Origin: Nitrosopumilaceae archaeon
Lineage (GTDB): Archaea; Thermoproteota; Nitrososphaeria; Nitrososphaerales; Nitrosopumilaceae
DNA: 64,000 nt
Assembly (NCBI GenBank): GCA_965207375.1
Contig: CBDBMG010000003.1
Span: 384,001 to 448,000 of the forward strand
Direction: 5' to 3'
Made by a program: the position numbers and the translations under genes. Below the pieces are notes generated by a model, which was given only the letters and a program-made list of their open reading frames with translations, ran no database searches and was not told the DNA's origin. Below are positions 36,430-48,828 of this stretch, one piece after another; the first letter of the stretch is position 1; every line of letters starts with the position of its first letter.

Positions 36430-38826
36430 ATGGCAATGGATTTGATGGAAGATGCGGTGAAGATTGGCCAAGAGGAGTTGCACAAGCGGCTCAGGCAGTT
36501 AATGAAGCTGGACAAAGACGAGAAATACTTCACATCACTTCTGTTCCGTCGAATGTTTGAAGAAGTAAAAAAGTGTAAGAACTGCGCCTTTCATGGCATA
36601 ATGAAAAAGCCTGCTCGCACTTATGAACGAAATTCTTACGGATCTGGCCTGGAACTTTATTTATCAAGCAAGGGAGTGGTTGGCAAACATATAATCCAGT
36701 GTCCCTTGTGCTCTGAAAAATTTGGTGCCTGGTCGTTTGAGAAACAAGACCTTCCGCCGGAGTCGCACAAGATATACGGACTAGAGGTACGCTATTATAC
36801 TCATAGGATGATGCAGAGTGCGTTAGTTTTTGATGTGATGGATCTCGTGAAAGTTGAAGAGATGGTGGACCCAGCGAAGAGGAAAGATAATTATGAGAAA
36901 GTAGGGGAGTTTATGTTAAAGAATGCGCGCAGGGTGAGTGAAGAATGGTGCTCCCCAGATAATGCTGAAGTGAGACAGAGTATGCTGTTTTGGTTATACG
37001 ACCAAACCATCTTCTCAGTGGAACAAAAGGCTGCCCACCATACTTTCTCAGACGAGAGCCGGGAACGTTACGACAGGACTGTGGAATCTTTTCTTCACAA
37101 TCTCGATAAGACAGAATCTCTACTGCGGCTGTTGAAAGAAACACTTTTTGATCATCCAACACATCCAGTATTTATGGTCTGGCTTTGTATTGCAATGACC
37201 CAAGTTGAGTTATTTTCAACCCTCATAAAGTTCTATGACCCAAAAATATTCATGAATTCGGATGACAAAGAATTTATAAATGTGCGACATCAATACAAAT
37301 CTCTTAATATGCCTAAAGAGATCAAGAAAATACCGATTGTATTAATGTTAATTGAGATGCCACGATTTTTTCATTATACTGATTTTGTTCACCTCAGGGC
37401 AGGGAAGAAGTCATATCCCACTAAAGAATTGGAGGTGGACAGGATTATGAGGAGTTGTTTGTCTAAAGAAGGTTTGAAAATGGCAATTGGTGGAGCGCAA
37501 GGAAAGAAAGTATTGAAGTCTGTTTTACAGCAAAGCCGTTTAGTCAAAAAGAGAATGTTTAACTACAGAATTTTTGACTGCTTGGATTATGTAGAATATT
37601 GTGAAGACTTTGAGAAAGAATTTGTTATAAAATTTCACAAGTTATCGATGGCAGATCAGTATAAACTGTGCCTGCGTGCCATCAAGATAGGTGAGAACTT
37701 TTCCAATGTGAAGTGTGCCACAGAACTGCCAAACCCTATTGTTCTTAAGGACTTATTTCAGGAGTCTTTCAATAATAATGAAGAAGTTATAGATGATGAC
37801 TTAGTCCCCTTCAAGGATCAACCAAAGAAGCATAGAGACATGAAAGAAACACTTGATATGCTTACTAAAAAGTCACAGTCAATTGTATTAGGACCTCCCT
37901 TGGAGGAAGAGTTGGAAATGCATTGTAATGGTAGTATGCATGTGGGTTATGATGCAGACTTGCCAAAACCAAAGGTGGAATCTAGTTCTGAAAGTAGCGA
38001 TAAAGATGAACCTATTCCAAAATTAGGTTCCACATTACCATTGGATGAGATTATGGATCGTGTAAGGGAGACACTAGCAGAACGTAACCTTTCCATTCCC
38101 GAGCAGTACATGCCGCATCCTATAACACTTCCTGCTGGATTAGTTCCGTCTGTCTCCAACGGTGGTAATGTCCAAGCCTTGATGCTGCCGGTACCACCTG
38201 CTGGATCCAAAGATGCTGAAGATTTAGCAGAGACAATGTCGAAATGTCTTCCTATGTACAGTCAGGAATCAACAGATTGGGCTAATTCTGTCATGAAGAG
38301 TCGTAATGTTTATACCATACACGTTCCGAGTACCGGTACAAGAAATCCTGATGGTACCTTACAAGTGACTTCCAAGATGTTTTATCATGGCAAGGAGACG
38401 CTCAGTACCACGCTGATGAACTTAGGCAACCACGCACACGTTGCTCAAATGGCCGCTGCTGCTACAAGCCAGCCCAGTGATGACACAAGCCATCCTAAAC
38501 AGGATAGCACAAATGATACGAAAACTCCAAAAGATGATACAAGTGATCTGAAAAAAGAGGCAAGCACTTCAAATAAAGATGTGACTAAAATTCCTACTGA
38601 AGATGACATTGCTACTGACACAGTGAAGGTAGCAGGGAAGGAGAACCATAAACAGGACATTGTGAAGAGAAAAGGGAAGATACCTCGCTCTTGTAGTCAC
38701 TGCAGTTCTACTCCAGAGAAGTTGCTCACATGTAAAGCATGTCGTTCAGTTGCATACTGCAGCAGTAATTGTCAGCGTGCTCATTGGAAACTCCACAAGA
38801 AAGATTGCCAACAACTTCAAGAATGA
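36430..38826 (+). CDS. Intronless 798-aa protein with C-terminal MYND zinc finger
   Basis: Uninterrupted ORF. CSHC..LLTCKACRSVAYCSSNCQRAHWKLHKKDC is a canonical zf-MYND. There is an N-terminal CKNC..CPLC pair; the rest is unrecognised. Confidence 0.88.
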   Translation: MAMDLMEDAVKIGQEELHKRLRQLMKLDKDEKYFTSLLFRRMFEEVKKCKNCAFHGIMKKPARTYERNSYGSGLELYLSSKGVVGKHIIQCPLCSEKFGAWSFEKQDLPPESHKIYGLEVRYYTHRMMQSALVFDVMDLVKVEEMVDPAKRKDNYEKVGEFMLKNARRVSEEWCSPDNAEVRQSMLFWLYDQTIFSVEQKAAHHTFSDESRERYDRTVESFLHNLDKTESLLRLLKETLFDHPTHPVFMVWLCIAMTQVELFSTLIKFYDPKIFMNSDDKEFINVRHQYKSLNMPKEIKKIPIVLMLIEMPRFFHYTDFVHLRAGKKSYPTKELEVDRIMRSCLSKEGLKMAIGGAQGKKVLKSVLQQSRLVKKRMFNYRIFDCLDYVEYCEDFEKEFVIKFHKLSMADQYKLCLRAIKIGENFSNVKCATELPNPIVLKDLFQESFNNNEEVIDDDLVPFKDQPKKHRDMKETLDMLTKKSQSIVLGPPLEEELEMHCNGSMHVGYDADLPKPKVESSSESSDKDEPIPKLGSTLPLDEIMDRVRETLAERNLSIPEQYMPHPITLPAGLVPSVSNGGNVQALMLPVPPAGSKDAEDLAETMSKCLPMYSQESTDWANSVMKSRNVYTIHVPSTGTRNPDGTLQVTSKMFYHGKETLSTTLMNLGNHAHVAQMAAAATSQPSDDTSHPKQDSTNDTKTPKDDTSDLKKEASTSNKDVTKIPTEDDIATDTVKVAGKENHKQDIVKRKGKIPRSCSHCSSTPEKLLTCKACRSVAYCSSNCQRAHWKLHKKDCQQLQE

Positions 38827-38908
38827 ATTTATTATAATAGTTAATCTCATTTCTAACACACTAATAATATTTTACTACGTAATAATAATATAACACTGTA
38901 GCTTTAAA

Positions 38909-39369
38909 GTAACTTGTATCCCGGTGCGTGGGCGGATCAAAGAAACTACCAGGGTGGATAATTTAGTTATCCCCCAGTGCGCAGGGTGGATAACTAGTTA
39001 TCCACCCGTCGTCAGGGTGGATAACTAGTTATCCACCCGTCGTCAATGGTTACATGATACAAACGTTAAATACAAGGCTTTAAAGCTTGGAGATAACAGT
39101 GAAGCTACTTCAGGTATTGTATAACCTTGTTTGTAATTGATAGGGATAGTTGTAGCGATGTTGTAGGCTACTTTTGCAGTTGTTGTTTCCAAACGAATGT
39201 ATAAGAGTTGCCAATGAAAACTAGCTAAAAGATTGATGTATTCACCGGGATACAAGCTAGTTATATCCCAGTGCACTCGTGAGTTATCTTAGTTATTACC
39301 CTCGTCCTCGGCTTCGCCTCGGACTCGGGTAATAACTAAGATAACTCACTCGTACTGGGATATAACTAA
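38909..39369. mobile_element. Crypton-like non-autonomous palindromic element
   Basis: Two abutting inverted-repeat units: taacttgtatcccggtg..caccgggatacaagcta, and an about 110-bp hairpin tagttatatcccagt..ctcggcttcgcctcgg..actgggatataacta. Internal perfect palindromes gggtggataactagttatccaccc. No TSD seen. Confidence 0.5.
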
Positions 39370-39959
39370 TACTTCAATTAACAAACTTTCACTGTTGCAG
39401 TTATAACCTGCCTAGCGCGGCCGTATGGAACGCCGTTTGTAACAAAAATAATTCAGTTATTTCGTGTCGAAACAAGAGTTTTATTTCGTGTCTAAATAAG
39501 AGCCTTATTTCGTGTCTAAATAAGATACCTTATTTCGTGTCTAAATAAGATACCTTATTTCGTGTCTAAATAAGACGTCTTATTATAAGCTTGCTTATTT
39601 CGTGTCGAAATAACAAATTTATTTTCATTCAGGCGCTATTTGCAAACTCGTTTAAGTTGACGCACAGTGATATGACCAGGCCTCAGCACGATGGGAGGCC
39701 TTTTTTGACAACCTTAGTCGTTTATTCTAGACATTTAGGGAATTGCACCCGGCGAGAGATATGCTTGTTATGTTGCAGAAAGCTCAGGAGTCTCAAACTA
39801 GGCACCAAGAATTCCATCTCGCTCAAATAATAATTCAAAAGGACAATGTTTGGTTGTGATGTTGAAGTCAAATGATCCTGAATATAGCTATGTTCTTTTA
39901 TTTGAGAAATAAACTGCACGCACATTCCCGCACATTTCCGGCCTTCTGCAGCATAACAG

Positions 39960-41333
39960 GGTGGGGTATATTTCACGGAACGGAAACGGAACACTTCCGC
40001 CGGAAGTAACAAACTTTTTTTCACTGATTATATCCGATTGTATCTCGGATTGTATTAATTCATGCATTCATTCATCCTTGCTAACAAACTCGCTTGAGCT
40101 AGCATACATTTTAACATAGATAGCTAGTATAATCTATGATTTTAGCCTCGATTTTAGCAAACTTTGCGTAGTCGCGTACATTATAAATGTAGTGGTAGCA
40201 GCACAACTCGAGGCACAACTAGCTAGCTAGCTACTAGCTATCAAATAGGAAATAGCTAGCTACGTAGCTAGACCAGCTACCCTCTGCCCTGTTGACTAGC
40301 TGCTATACGACCGGACTCTATAGCTATACACTTACGTAGTTATTTGACAATTCAATCGTCAGATCCTTATGCTCTGTCGTAGCCAGATCCGGAATACTGA
40401 GATAGTATAGCTATATGTATGTGCGTGTATACTCCAGGTGGGGAATTTGCACATTAGCTTATGCGGGCTATGGCATAGATATTTAACCAGACACGGGATT
40501 GGAAACTCTCACGTGATGTAAACGAATTTTCTTTTAAAAATACTCTTTTCAGAATCTTTAATGTAAGCCAGAGCACTTCTTAAGTTATTTATGCAACACT
40601 CGATATATATGGCTTATATTTTGCCGACGGCCTACCTTCAGAAGGAGGGATTATGTTTTTGTTCCCGTGCGCACTCCTCACCCACAGCATGCAAACAAAT
40701 CGTGGACCTGTTTTCAAGGATTTAACGTCACGCTCGAAGAATTTAAAGCCATATTCTACTAAATGAAGAATAATTCTATACCCCAATCGGTATTAAAACA
40801 TATAATTTACTTTCAATCGAAAGAAATAACCCAAAGCGGCAAAGTGCTGTAAACTTCAAACGAAACTTTTAGAATTTGTCAGGATTTGTGGACCCGATTA
40901 CGCGTACATTTTGAGTTGTATCCTCGTATAACTGGAGCTGCCAACAGCCTGTGTATTGCCATTTGCCCCAACGTAAATGTTTTGCACATTCAAACATTTA
41001 TATGGGGTTCTTTCGAGCCAAAGACTTGACATAAAAGAGGTGTAGGTGAGGAGTGTTTTCGTGACGTCACAGTTTCGGATCCCGTGTCTGGTTAAATATC
41101 TATGGCTATGGCCACTGAGACTATTAATTTGATAGCTAATATTTAACACTCCAGACGCGTTAAAGGGTCTGGCCATGCACTAAACAAGACTATGTTATTG
41201 TTAAAAGTACACAAAGGTCACTTAACTCGCAGCTACGTACATATGGCTATCCAAAATATTTCTGTTCCGTATATTATACTTCCGTTCCGCATTTTATACT
41301 ACTTCCGTTCCGTTCCGTGAAATATACCCCACC
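39960..41333. mobile_element. MULE-like non-autonomous element nested in the foldback element
   Basis: TIRs ggtggggtatatttcacggaacggaa / ttccgttccgtgaaatataccccacc; 9-bp TSD gcataacag. Confidence 0.88.
40474..41104. mobile_element. P-element-like MITE nested in the MULE-like element
   Basis: TIRs catagatatttaaccagacacggga / tcccgtgtctggttaaatatctatg; 7-bp TSD gctatgg. Confidence 0.75.
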
Positions 41334-41374
41334 GCATAACAGGCGTATCTCTCGCCGTGTGCAATTCCATAAAT

Positions 41375-41625
41375 GTGACCGGATTTGCAAAAACCTTCCT
41401 TATGGGCACATTTTACACACTGTCCTTCTTTTGAGCATAACTACTTGATAATTCATCCAATTTTTTATTTTTAAAGTTTTAATGAACTGAGTGATCATTT
41501 TGCAAGAGATCTGTATTATTATAACTCTGATAAAAATGAGAATTTAGAAGTTTGAAGGCATTCAATTTAAAATTTCCTGCCAAAATTCATGTGCCCTTAA
41601 GGATGGTTTTCGCAAATCCGGTCAC
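41375..41625. mobile_element. Sola1-like MITE inserted in the right arm of the foldback element
   Basis: TSD aaat; the left arm (near 39732) preserves the empty site. Confidence 0.85.
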
Positions 41626-42884
41626 AAATGTCTATTGGAGTCTTGAATAAACGACTAAGGTTGTCAAAAAGGCCTCCCATCGTGCTGAGGCCCGGTCATA
41701 TCACTGTGCATCAACTTTAAACGTATTTGCAAATAGCGCCTGAATGAAAATTAATTTCTTATTTCGACACGAAATAAGCAAGCTTATATCGAGACGTCTT
41801 ATTTAGACACGAAATAAGGTATCTTATTTAGACACAAAATAAGGCTCTTATTTAGACACGAAATAAAACTCTTATTTCGACACTAAATAAGCTTATTTCG
41901 ACACTAAATAAGCTTATTTCGACACTAAATAAGCTTATTTCGACACTAAATAAGCTTATTTCGACACGAAATAACTCAATTATTTTTGTTACAAACGGCG
42001 TTCCATACGGCCGTCTTTGTGGCATGCTATGAGTCAAAACTTGAGAAAAATTTTGGCGTGCCATACCCGACTACTCTATTGACAAATAACCATCCATAGT
42101 AAAACAAAACTTACTTGCTCCATAAGTTTAAATGGTTTGTTCGTCTTCTAACACGTGGTACATCCATTTCGTTGTATTTAAATGAAAAAGGCCATCACTC
42201 CCATAGACATTAAATTTTTTGTAAATGCCAAATTACAGGGAAAAACTATAGAGAATTCCGATCATATTTTGCTAATTGTATTGTAAATTTGTAAATGTGT
42301 TACATGTTTTCAATATGAGGAGCTCCATAATACATATGTACCCTAATAGCAAGAGTCCATAATATTATGGACTCTTGCTAATAGTAATAGTATGATTTAC
42401 CTGAGAAAATTTCTTTTATCATGTGCAATGGAGCAACAAGGACGAGTCAAGATTTTTGATGGATAAAATTTACCTTGATTGCTTGATTGCAATTTGGAAA
42501 GGTCCTTGATCACTTGACATTCACAAAAACCCTTACAAGTGCTTGTTTTACATAAAATTACCCTTCTAACATGCTTGGTCGTCACTTTGAAGCGTTCTTT
42601 GATTGCTTGAATTAATAACACCTTGATCCCTAGATTTAATTTTGATCCCGGTCGCGGATGGATCCACAGGCCTCACAGGAGTAATTACCCTTTGTATTAT
42701 AATCACGGCTATACTCAAGAGCGATATGATACATACCATAGATATAGCTACGGATTTCAGCTATACGGCTTTCACAGGACTGAGAGTCCGGCTGTTTGAG
42801 AACTGTGTAGACTTAAGCTTATGTGTAGGCCTTTTTCTGTCCATAGTAATCTACTGGCAAAGTCTCTAAATTACAGTGCTTCAT

Positions 42885-43431
42885 TGCCCGAGGACTGATG
42901 TATTTGTGAATGACAACTAGTGATAAGCGGAAGTCACCTGAAGCATTAGCAGTGGCAAGAAGAGTAACTCACTCTTTAGATACTTTGGAACCCCTTGTGG
43001 CCCATTTCTGTAAAAACCATAAATGAAGAGCCTTATCTAACTCGTCATACTTGGATCTTCTAATAATGCTTCTTTTTGGTCCTGAAGCATGTTGTATTTC
43101 CAGCACATATTCTGTCAATTGATCTTCACTCTGAACAATATCATGAACAGTTGATTTTCTGAGACCATATTCTTTTGATAAAGAAGTATATGACTGTCCC
43201 ATTTTCTGCCTACGACATATTTCCAGCTTCTTTTCGATAGACATAACTTTCCTTTTACGCTTCTTATACTGGGTACATCAGCATCAGAACTAAGTGATGA
43301 ACTAGAAACGTGACTAGACGCCATGTTTGAAATTATTACATGTGAATGCCGAAATAATTTTTTGACTGTCCAGGAGGTTCGGTAGATGGAGCGTTCGGTT
43401 AATTGGTGTCCAGATAAAAGAGGTTCCACTG
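42885..43431 (-). pseudogene. pogo/Tigger (CENP-B-like) transposase relic with its 5' TIR
   Basis: TIR cagtggaacctc after TA. KRKRKVMSIEKKLEI..LSKEYGLRKSTVHDI..YDELDKALHLWF (CENP-B HTH) is joined by internal deletion to SKE*VTLLATANASG (DDE_1 start). Confidence 0.85.
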
Positions 43432-45086
43432 TACGTACCTATATGTTTTCTTACAAGTCTGTCATTGTAATTATTATATCATGTGTCATAACTATGTATG
43501 TACATAATAGACTCATGGTAGTGAGTTGCATGCCCAAAGTAAAGTACGTAAAATGCACAACCACCGTGTGAATTATTTACACAAACCATGAATTCTAATA
43601 GAACACTCACTTGAAACATCTCATAAAAAGCAACTTTTAAAACTAGCTTGTGTAAGAAATAGGTCATACATAGGTAATTAGTTGATTGGATTAATTTGCA
43701 AATAGGCTATCACATGAGAATTAATAAGGTCGATGTCGTCATGTTCATACATGCATAGTGCTGTGAGCAGTGGAATAACCAGAGTATAGGTACGTAGGCA
43801 CTGAAACATCAGTAACCAACTACAGTAATAGAACATTATAATCCTGTGCATGGTTCTGTGGTGCTGATTAGAGGCATTCGTTAAGGAGCGTGCCAACCTT
43901 GCCAGTAATTACAGTGAGTCAGTGGCTGCTTTACACAATCCACACAAAAACATTACACCTCACCAGTTATGTGCTCTTGGTTGTGGAGCTAAACCACACC
44001 CAGGTAGTCAAATGCCATGCCTTGCCACAACTGCAAGAATATTGGCTAAAGTCTGCCAGAGCAGGTCAACCTCAACTTTAGAACCCAACAAGGCTATGGC
44101 TTCAGTCTCCGTAAATACAGCACCATTATATAGCAAGGATGAAGTTGTCCAATATTCACCATGTCACCTCAATGGATCCAGCTCCTACAACATCACTTCC
44201 CCCAATTACTCCGCGTCTATTCAACTCCTACTAGATTCACATGCAGATATTAATATTTCAGCAGCTGGCAGAGCCATCCTCACCCTCTAACATCATACTT
44301 AAGGCTGTAAATGGTATAAATTTAAATGCATCCACTCAGTAAATTGCCTGTCACATTCAAGCCCAAAAAACAGAGAATACACTGATAACTTACGTACATA
44401 TCTACCCCAGTGTACATGGTATCTTGAGGCTTGCAAAGGGCTCAGCATTTTACCACACTGTTATCCACACCCCTCTATCACAGATGTTGCACCCTTATCC
44501 AGTAATTTAAGCACCCATAGCTACATATATACTTAGTACGTACCACTACAACAAGCTTTCCAATCAACAGGGACGCTTATATGAAAGAATTCCCCTCAGT
44601 TTTTATGGAAATACGTATACGTAAGGAGTATGGATGGTGAAGAATTTCATATCCACCTAATGGACAATGCCAAACCATTTTGTATTAACATACCAAGATC
44701 CATCCCATTTTTATACTCTATATCACGTGTTTTAGCTGGGACATAAATCTCTTATACTCCACCTTGTTCCATGCCTTTAGGCACTAAGAAACACTTTTAT
44801 TCCTGCTTCAAAATACAAGCACCTTCCATGCATTTAATGCCTTTTATAGTTATATATAAAAGAACGACTAATACAGTATCTTTAAAGACAGTTTTACACA
44901 ATGCACTTCGTTAGCTAGGCCAAACTGAAGTCGTCATGACCAGATGAGATGCGCAGGGGCTTAAGTAATATGTGGCCTAGATTTTGTGCAACCTCTAATT
45001 TGTTAACAAAAAATTGTCAACCTTTTCTCAAGGCTATTGGTTGAAATGACATATAGTAAGACTATCTATCATGTATAGAGTATAAA

Positions 45087-45222
45087 ATAGTTATACGCAT
45101 GCATCGTGGAGTCTACGAATTTTATAAACCCTCAGGCCCTTAGTAGTGCTCGTGTGCTACGGCCTCGGGCCTTTGTGTTTACGTATAAAATTCGTAGACT
45201 CTGCAGTAAATGCGTATAACTA
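45087..45222. mobile_element. Short Crypton-like hairpin element; relative at 46376-46510
   Basis: atagttatacgcat..gagtctacgaattttata / tataaaattcgtagactc..atgcgtataactat. The second copy shares a similar core in the opposite orientation. Confidence 0.5.
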
Positions 45223-46510
45223 TATGTATACCGTGATAAACTGGTTGCTGACCTTGAACTGTTACAAACACAACACATAATAGCTCCTGTCACTTAAGTT
45301 AATGATGGATGATGCCATAATATTGTTCTTTTATTGTAGTAAATATTCCACTGCAATATCGCCGCAATAATCACATTGCATCTTGTTGCAATTATTGCAG
45401 AGAACATTTTCAGTATCGCCCAACCCTACACTCACCCTAGCTGAAGCTGTTGCTGATATTGCTGCATCCAGGTAACACAAAGTTCTTTACAGTACTTGAT
45501 ACAATGAAAAGGCTTAGCTATCTTCAATACTCACTGGAATGCTCTATTAGCCATTCATTTCACAGTAGTAGGCATTTTATCAGTTATACAATACTACAAA
45601 GATGAAGTGTTTTAGTTATAAAAGTGGGCATGCCATATGGATAGCAAAGCTTTTAAAAGACTGGCCTATAGTGTTGTAGTAAAATTTCAGCTTAAAACAG
45701 CTTCTTAAAAGTTTTACAACTAAATTAAAGTATAACGTACGGCAGTATAAAGACAGAAGAAATTATATATGCATGCATAGCTATGTGTTTCTTAGTGATG
45801 AGTCTTTGCTCACATGACTTACATATTTCTGGCATCATTGTATATACGTATTATTCTTAATAATAGCAGTAGATTAATAATAGTTTAACTTGTATAGCGT
45901 TCGGTTTTTAGATGGTAAAACATTAACTTGTTAATACTCAGTAAGGAGTGAAGAGGTGTGAGCAATGTAGAAATTGTTGGTGCTGATGGAAAGAAGCCAA
46001 AGAAAGAGCATAGCTCCATTTGGTTAGCTAGGGTGGGGAAATTGGAGATGGTATTTGTCATCAATATAACTCAATAGCCTTCCGTAGACAGTGAAAATCC
46101 AACAAAGGTGACCTGGTCTGACAAAATTAATTTCAAGTATACTTGTCCTACATAGTTGCTTCTCAGGACATATCTGAAAAAATTTCCTGACATGAGTGTC
46201 GTGTTGTGTGATGTCACTGTCATATACGACTATGTCATCAACAATACGGCGAAATCGTGTAAGGCCAGCAAAGGCTTCAGCCATATGGTAATCATAATGT
46301 TCTGATATTGATGAAATGCTATAGGATGCTCAAAGGTATTAAAGGTATTTAAACCTACCAAAATGTGTAATAAATATAGGTTAAACCTCAGGGGTCTACG
46401 GAATTTATAACCCGAAGGCCCTGGGCTGTGGTGCTCGAGCAAAGCGAGGGTGCTACTAAGGGCCTGAGGGTTATAAATTACGTAGACCCGTAGGTTTTGA
46501 GGTTTAACTA

Positions 46511-46913
46511 ATGCTAAACAAAAACAGCCTGGCTGTAAAAAAAGTGCGAGGCCACAAATATAAGCAACCAAAAACTCTGATATCAAGTAAGGCCAAGAAA
46601 TTGAACATTTTATTAAGAATCTTTTTACTTGAATGACATACAATAGTTTACAGGGCATTTTCACAACTATGATTGGCTTTGTCACTTGGCCACCTTATAA
46701 AAGATGATAGTGCAAAAAGGTGGCCAAGTGACAAAGCCAATCATAGTTGTGAAAATGCCCTGTAAACTATTGTATGTCATTCAAGTAAAAAGATTCTTAA
46801 TAAAATGTTCAATTTCTTGGCCTTACTTGATATCAGAGTTTTTGGTCGCTTATATTTGTGGCTTCTGATTGGCCTCGCACTTTTTTTACAGCCAGGCTGT
46901 TTTTGTTTAGCAT
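46511..46913. repeat. Near-perfect palindrome, about 186-bp arms with 20-bp spacer
   Basis: 46511-46696 is reverse-complemented at 46717-46913 with about one substitution and one short indel. Confidence 0.97.
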
Positions 46914-48087
46914 ATCACTGCTTTTTGTAAATATTCAAAAACAGATTATATACTATAAACAAGTCCTGACAAGAAACCTTATATAAAGTATGTAGAGTAA
47001 TAAAATTTTAAAGGGGAGAGGAGGAAGTTAATATTTTGGGTATTTCCCTTGTATTCCCCCAAATAACTAATGAACACTATAAAGTATGTGTTATTATAAT
47101 ATAATTGTTAGCTATGTAGGTGGAGAACAGTTGAGAACTTCAATGAAGGTTACATCATTGCCATCCTCTACTGTTGATTGATCTACAGGAGAAGACAATT
47201 AATATTATAGTGCAAAATATTGTGTATGCTAATAGTGACAGTGGTCTCCTATTTATAATGTGTGGCCACTGTTCACCTCTTGTTGTTTGGTATAATTATC
47301 ATGGCACATTAACATGAATGAAATCGTTAAAGGCTAATTTTGACAAACTGAAGTGTCATAATTTCTTTAAACTTATCCTGAAGATTCATATATCAATATA
47401 GCTTGTGTATCTGAAATTTCATTCAAACGATTTAGAGGGGGTCCGAGTTATGGAAACTATCATCATACAGTGTAAAAGTATCTCTCAAATACATTGAGGT
47501 ATTTGCTTTATGCTGAAAGTTTTTTGTCTGGTAGAGCATACATAGGAGAAGTGTTGATACAAATTTGGTTGAAATCCATGCAGAAATGAGTGAGTTATTA
47601 GACAAACAAGTGTATGTACTAAATGAGTGTTTTAAATATACATTCCGGGATTCACGCCGGGGGTCACGCAAGCCCACGAAAAGTGTGCGATGAAAATAAA
47701 AGAAAGTAGAAAGAAAGAAAAACGACGGCCACGTAAATTTTTTTTAACTGAAAGGAGGACTTTATAAGGCTGTAACAGAAGACTGGCTGGTCCGATTTCG
47801 ATGAACTTTGGGTACTGATTCTACATTAAATGAAGGTACTAATTCTCTAATTAACAAGCGAAAAGGAGCGGGGCAGATGGTTCGTCGTGCGTTGTCGCAA
47901 AACGAGTGCCATAAAACTCGCAATGGCTGATACTCAGGAATGGAGGCAGCTATTTACTTCATTGTTGGTATATTGATTCTATATAGTAAGAACGTACTAG
48001 GTCTGTAATAACTAAGCGGTAGCTTTTATGGCGGCTTAGTTACAGCGTCTGCGAATTTTTGAGCGGTGCTACCTGTAAATAACTCAC

Positions 48088-48208
48088 TCGTTCGTCGCGT
48101 ACGGCTGCTTCTTCTTGGCCTAGCGACTCACTATCGTGAGTCTGATCGCTCGTTCGTCGCGTACGGCTGCTTCTTGTTGGCCTCGCGACTCACTATCGTG
48201 AGTCTGAT
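48088..48208 (+). repeat. Tandemly duplicated about 62-bp hairpin-bearing element end
   Basis: cgttcgtcgcgtacggctgcttcttcttggcctagcgactcactatcgtgagtctgat x2. Related ends occur at 17813-17858 (minus) and 62935-62987. Confidence 0.75.
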
Positions 48209-48714
48209 TTAGACCCTTTGAGTTATTGTACCTTTGCAGCTGCTTATAACAACTAAACAACGGGAAAATGTAGCAGTAATTAGTAATAGTATCGCCTGGT
48301 AATTATTTCCTTTTTTAACACTCACCCGTAGCCAAAGTTATAGGCACGCTATTGTCACATTATTGCTTATTATTTAAACCAATCAAAACACCTGTAAATT
48401 TATAAACATAAAAAGGATCTAAGTAAACATGAAAGGGTCTAAGTAAACATGAAAAGGGTCTAAGTGATTTAGAACACTCCAAAATGTACAGATAATTTAT
48501 CACAAAAGGGTCTAAATGTGGTTAGGAGCTGACTTTCTTGGTCAATCTTCTTTGGCAGTAATTCAAGATGTGCTTCATTATGCTAAGGCCATGCCCATCA
48601 AGAGTATTGATGGCTAGTGTCATAATATTATAAAGAAACTGAAAAGCATTAGAACTGATTATAGAAGCTTCATTTCATGCGAAGAGTTACGTATTTATAG
48701 CCTCAAGGGCAGAA

Positions 48715-48828
<114 letters not shown>

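Larger units (their letters stand above)
39424..42007. mobile_element. Long-TIR (foldback-type) non-autonomous DNA transposon, superfamily uncertain
   Basis: About 350-bp arms beginning tatggaacgccgtttgtaacaaaaataatt / aattatttttgttacaaacggcgttccata, containing about 21-24-bp subrepeats cttatttcgtgtctaaataag. Flanked by cggccg on both sides. Confidence 0.8.

Noticed and set aside
47120-47260. Upstream exon of the CARD/filamin gene
   Set aside because: There is a plausible acceptor, but the frame hits a stop and no consistent donor or phase could be established.
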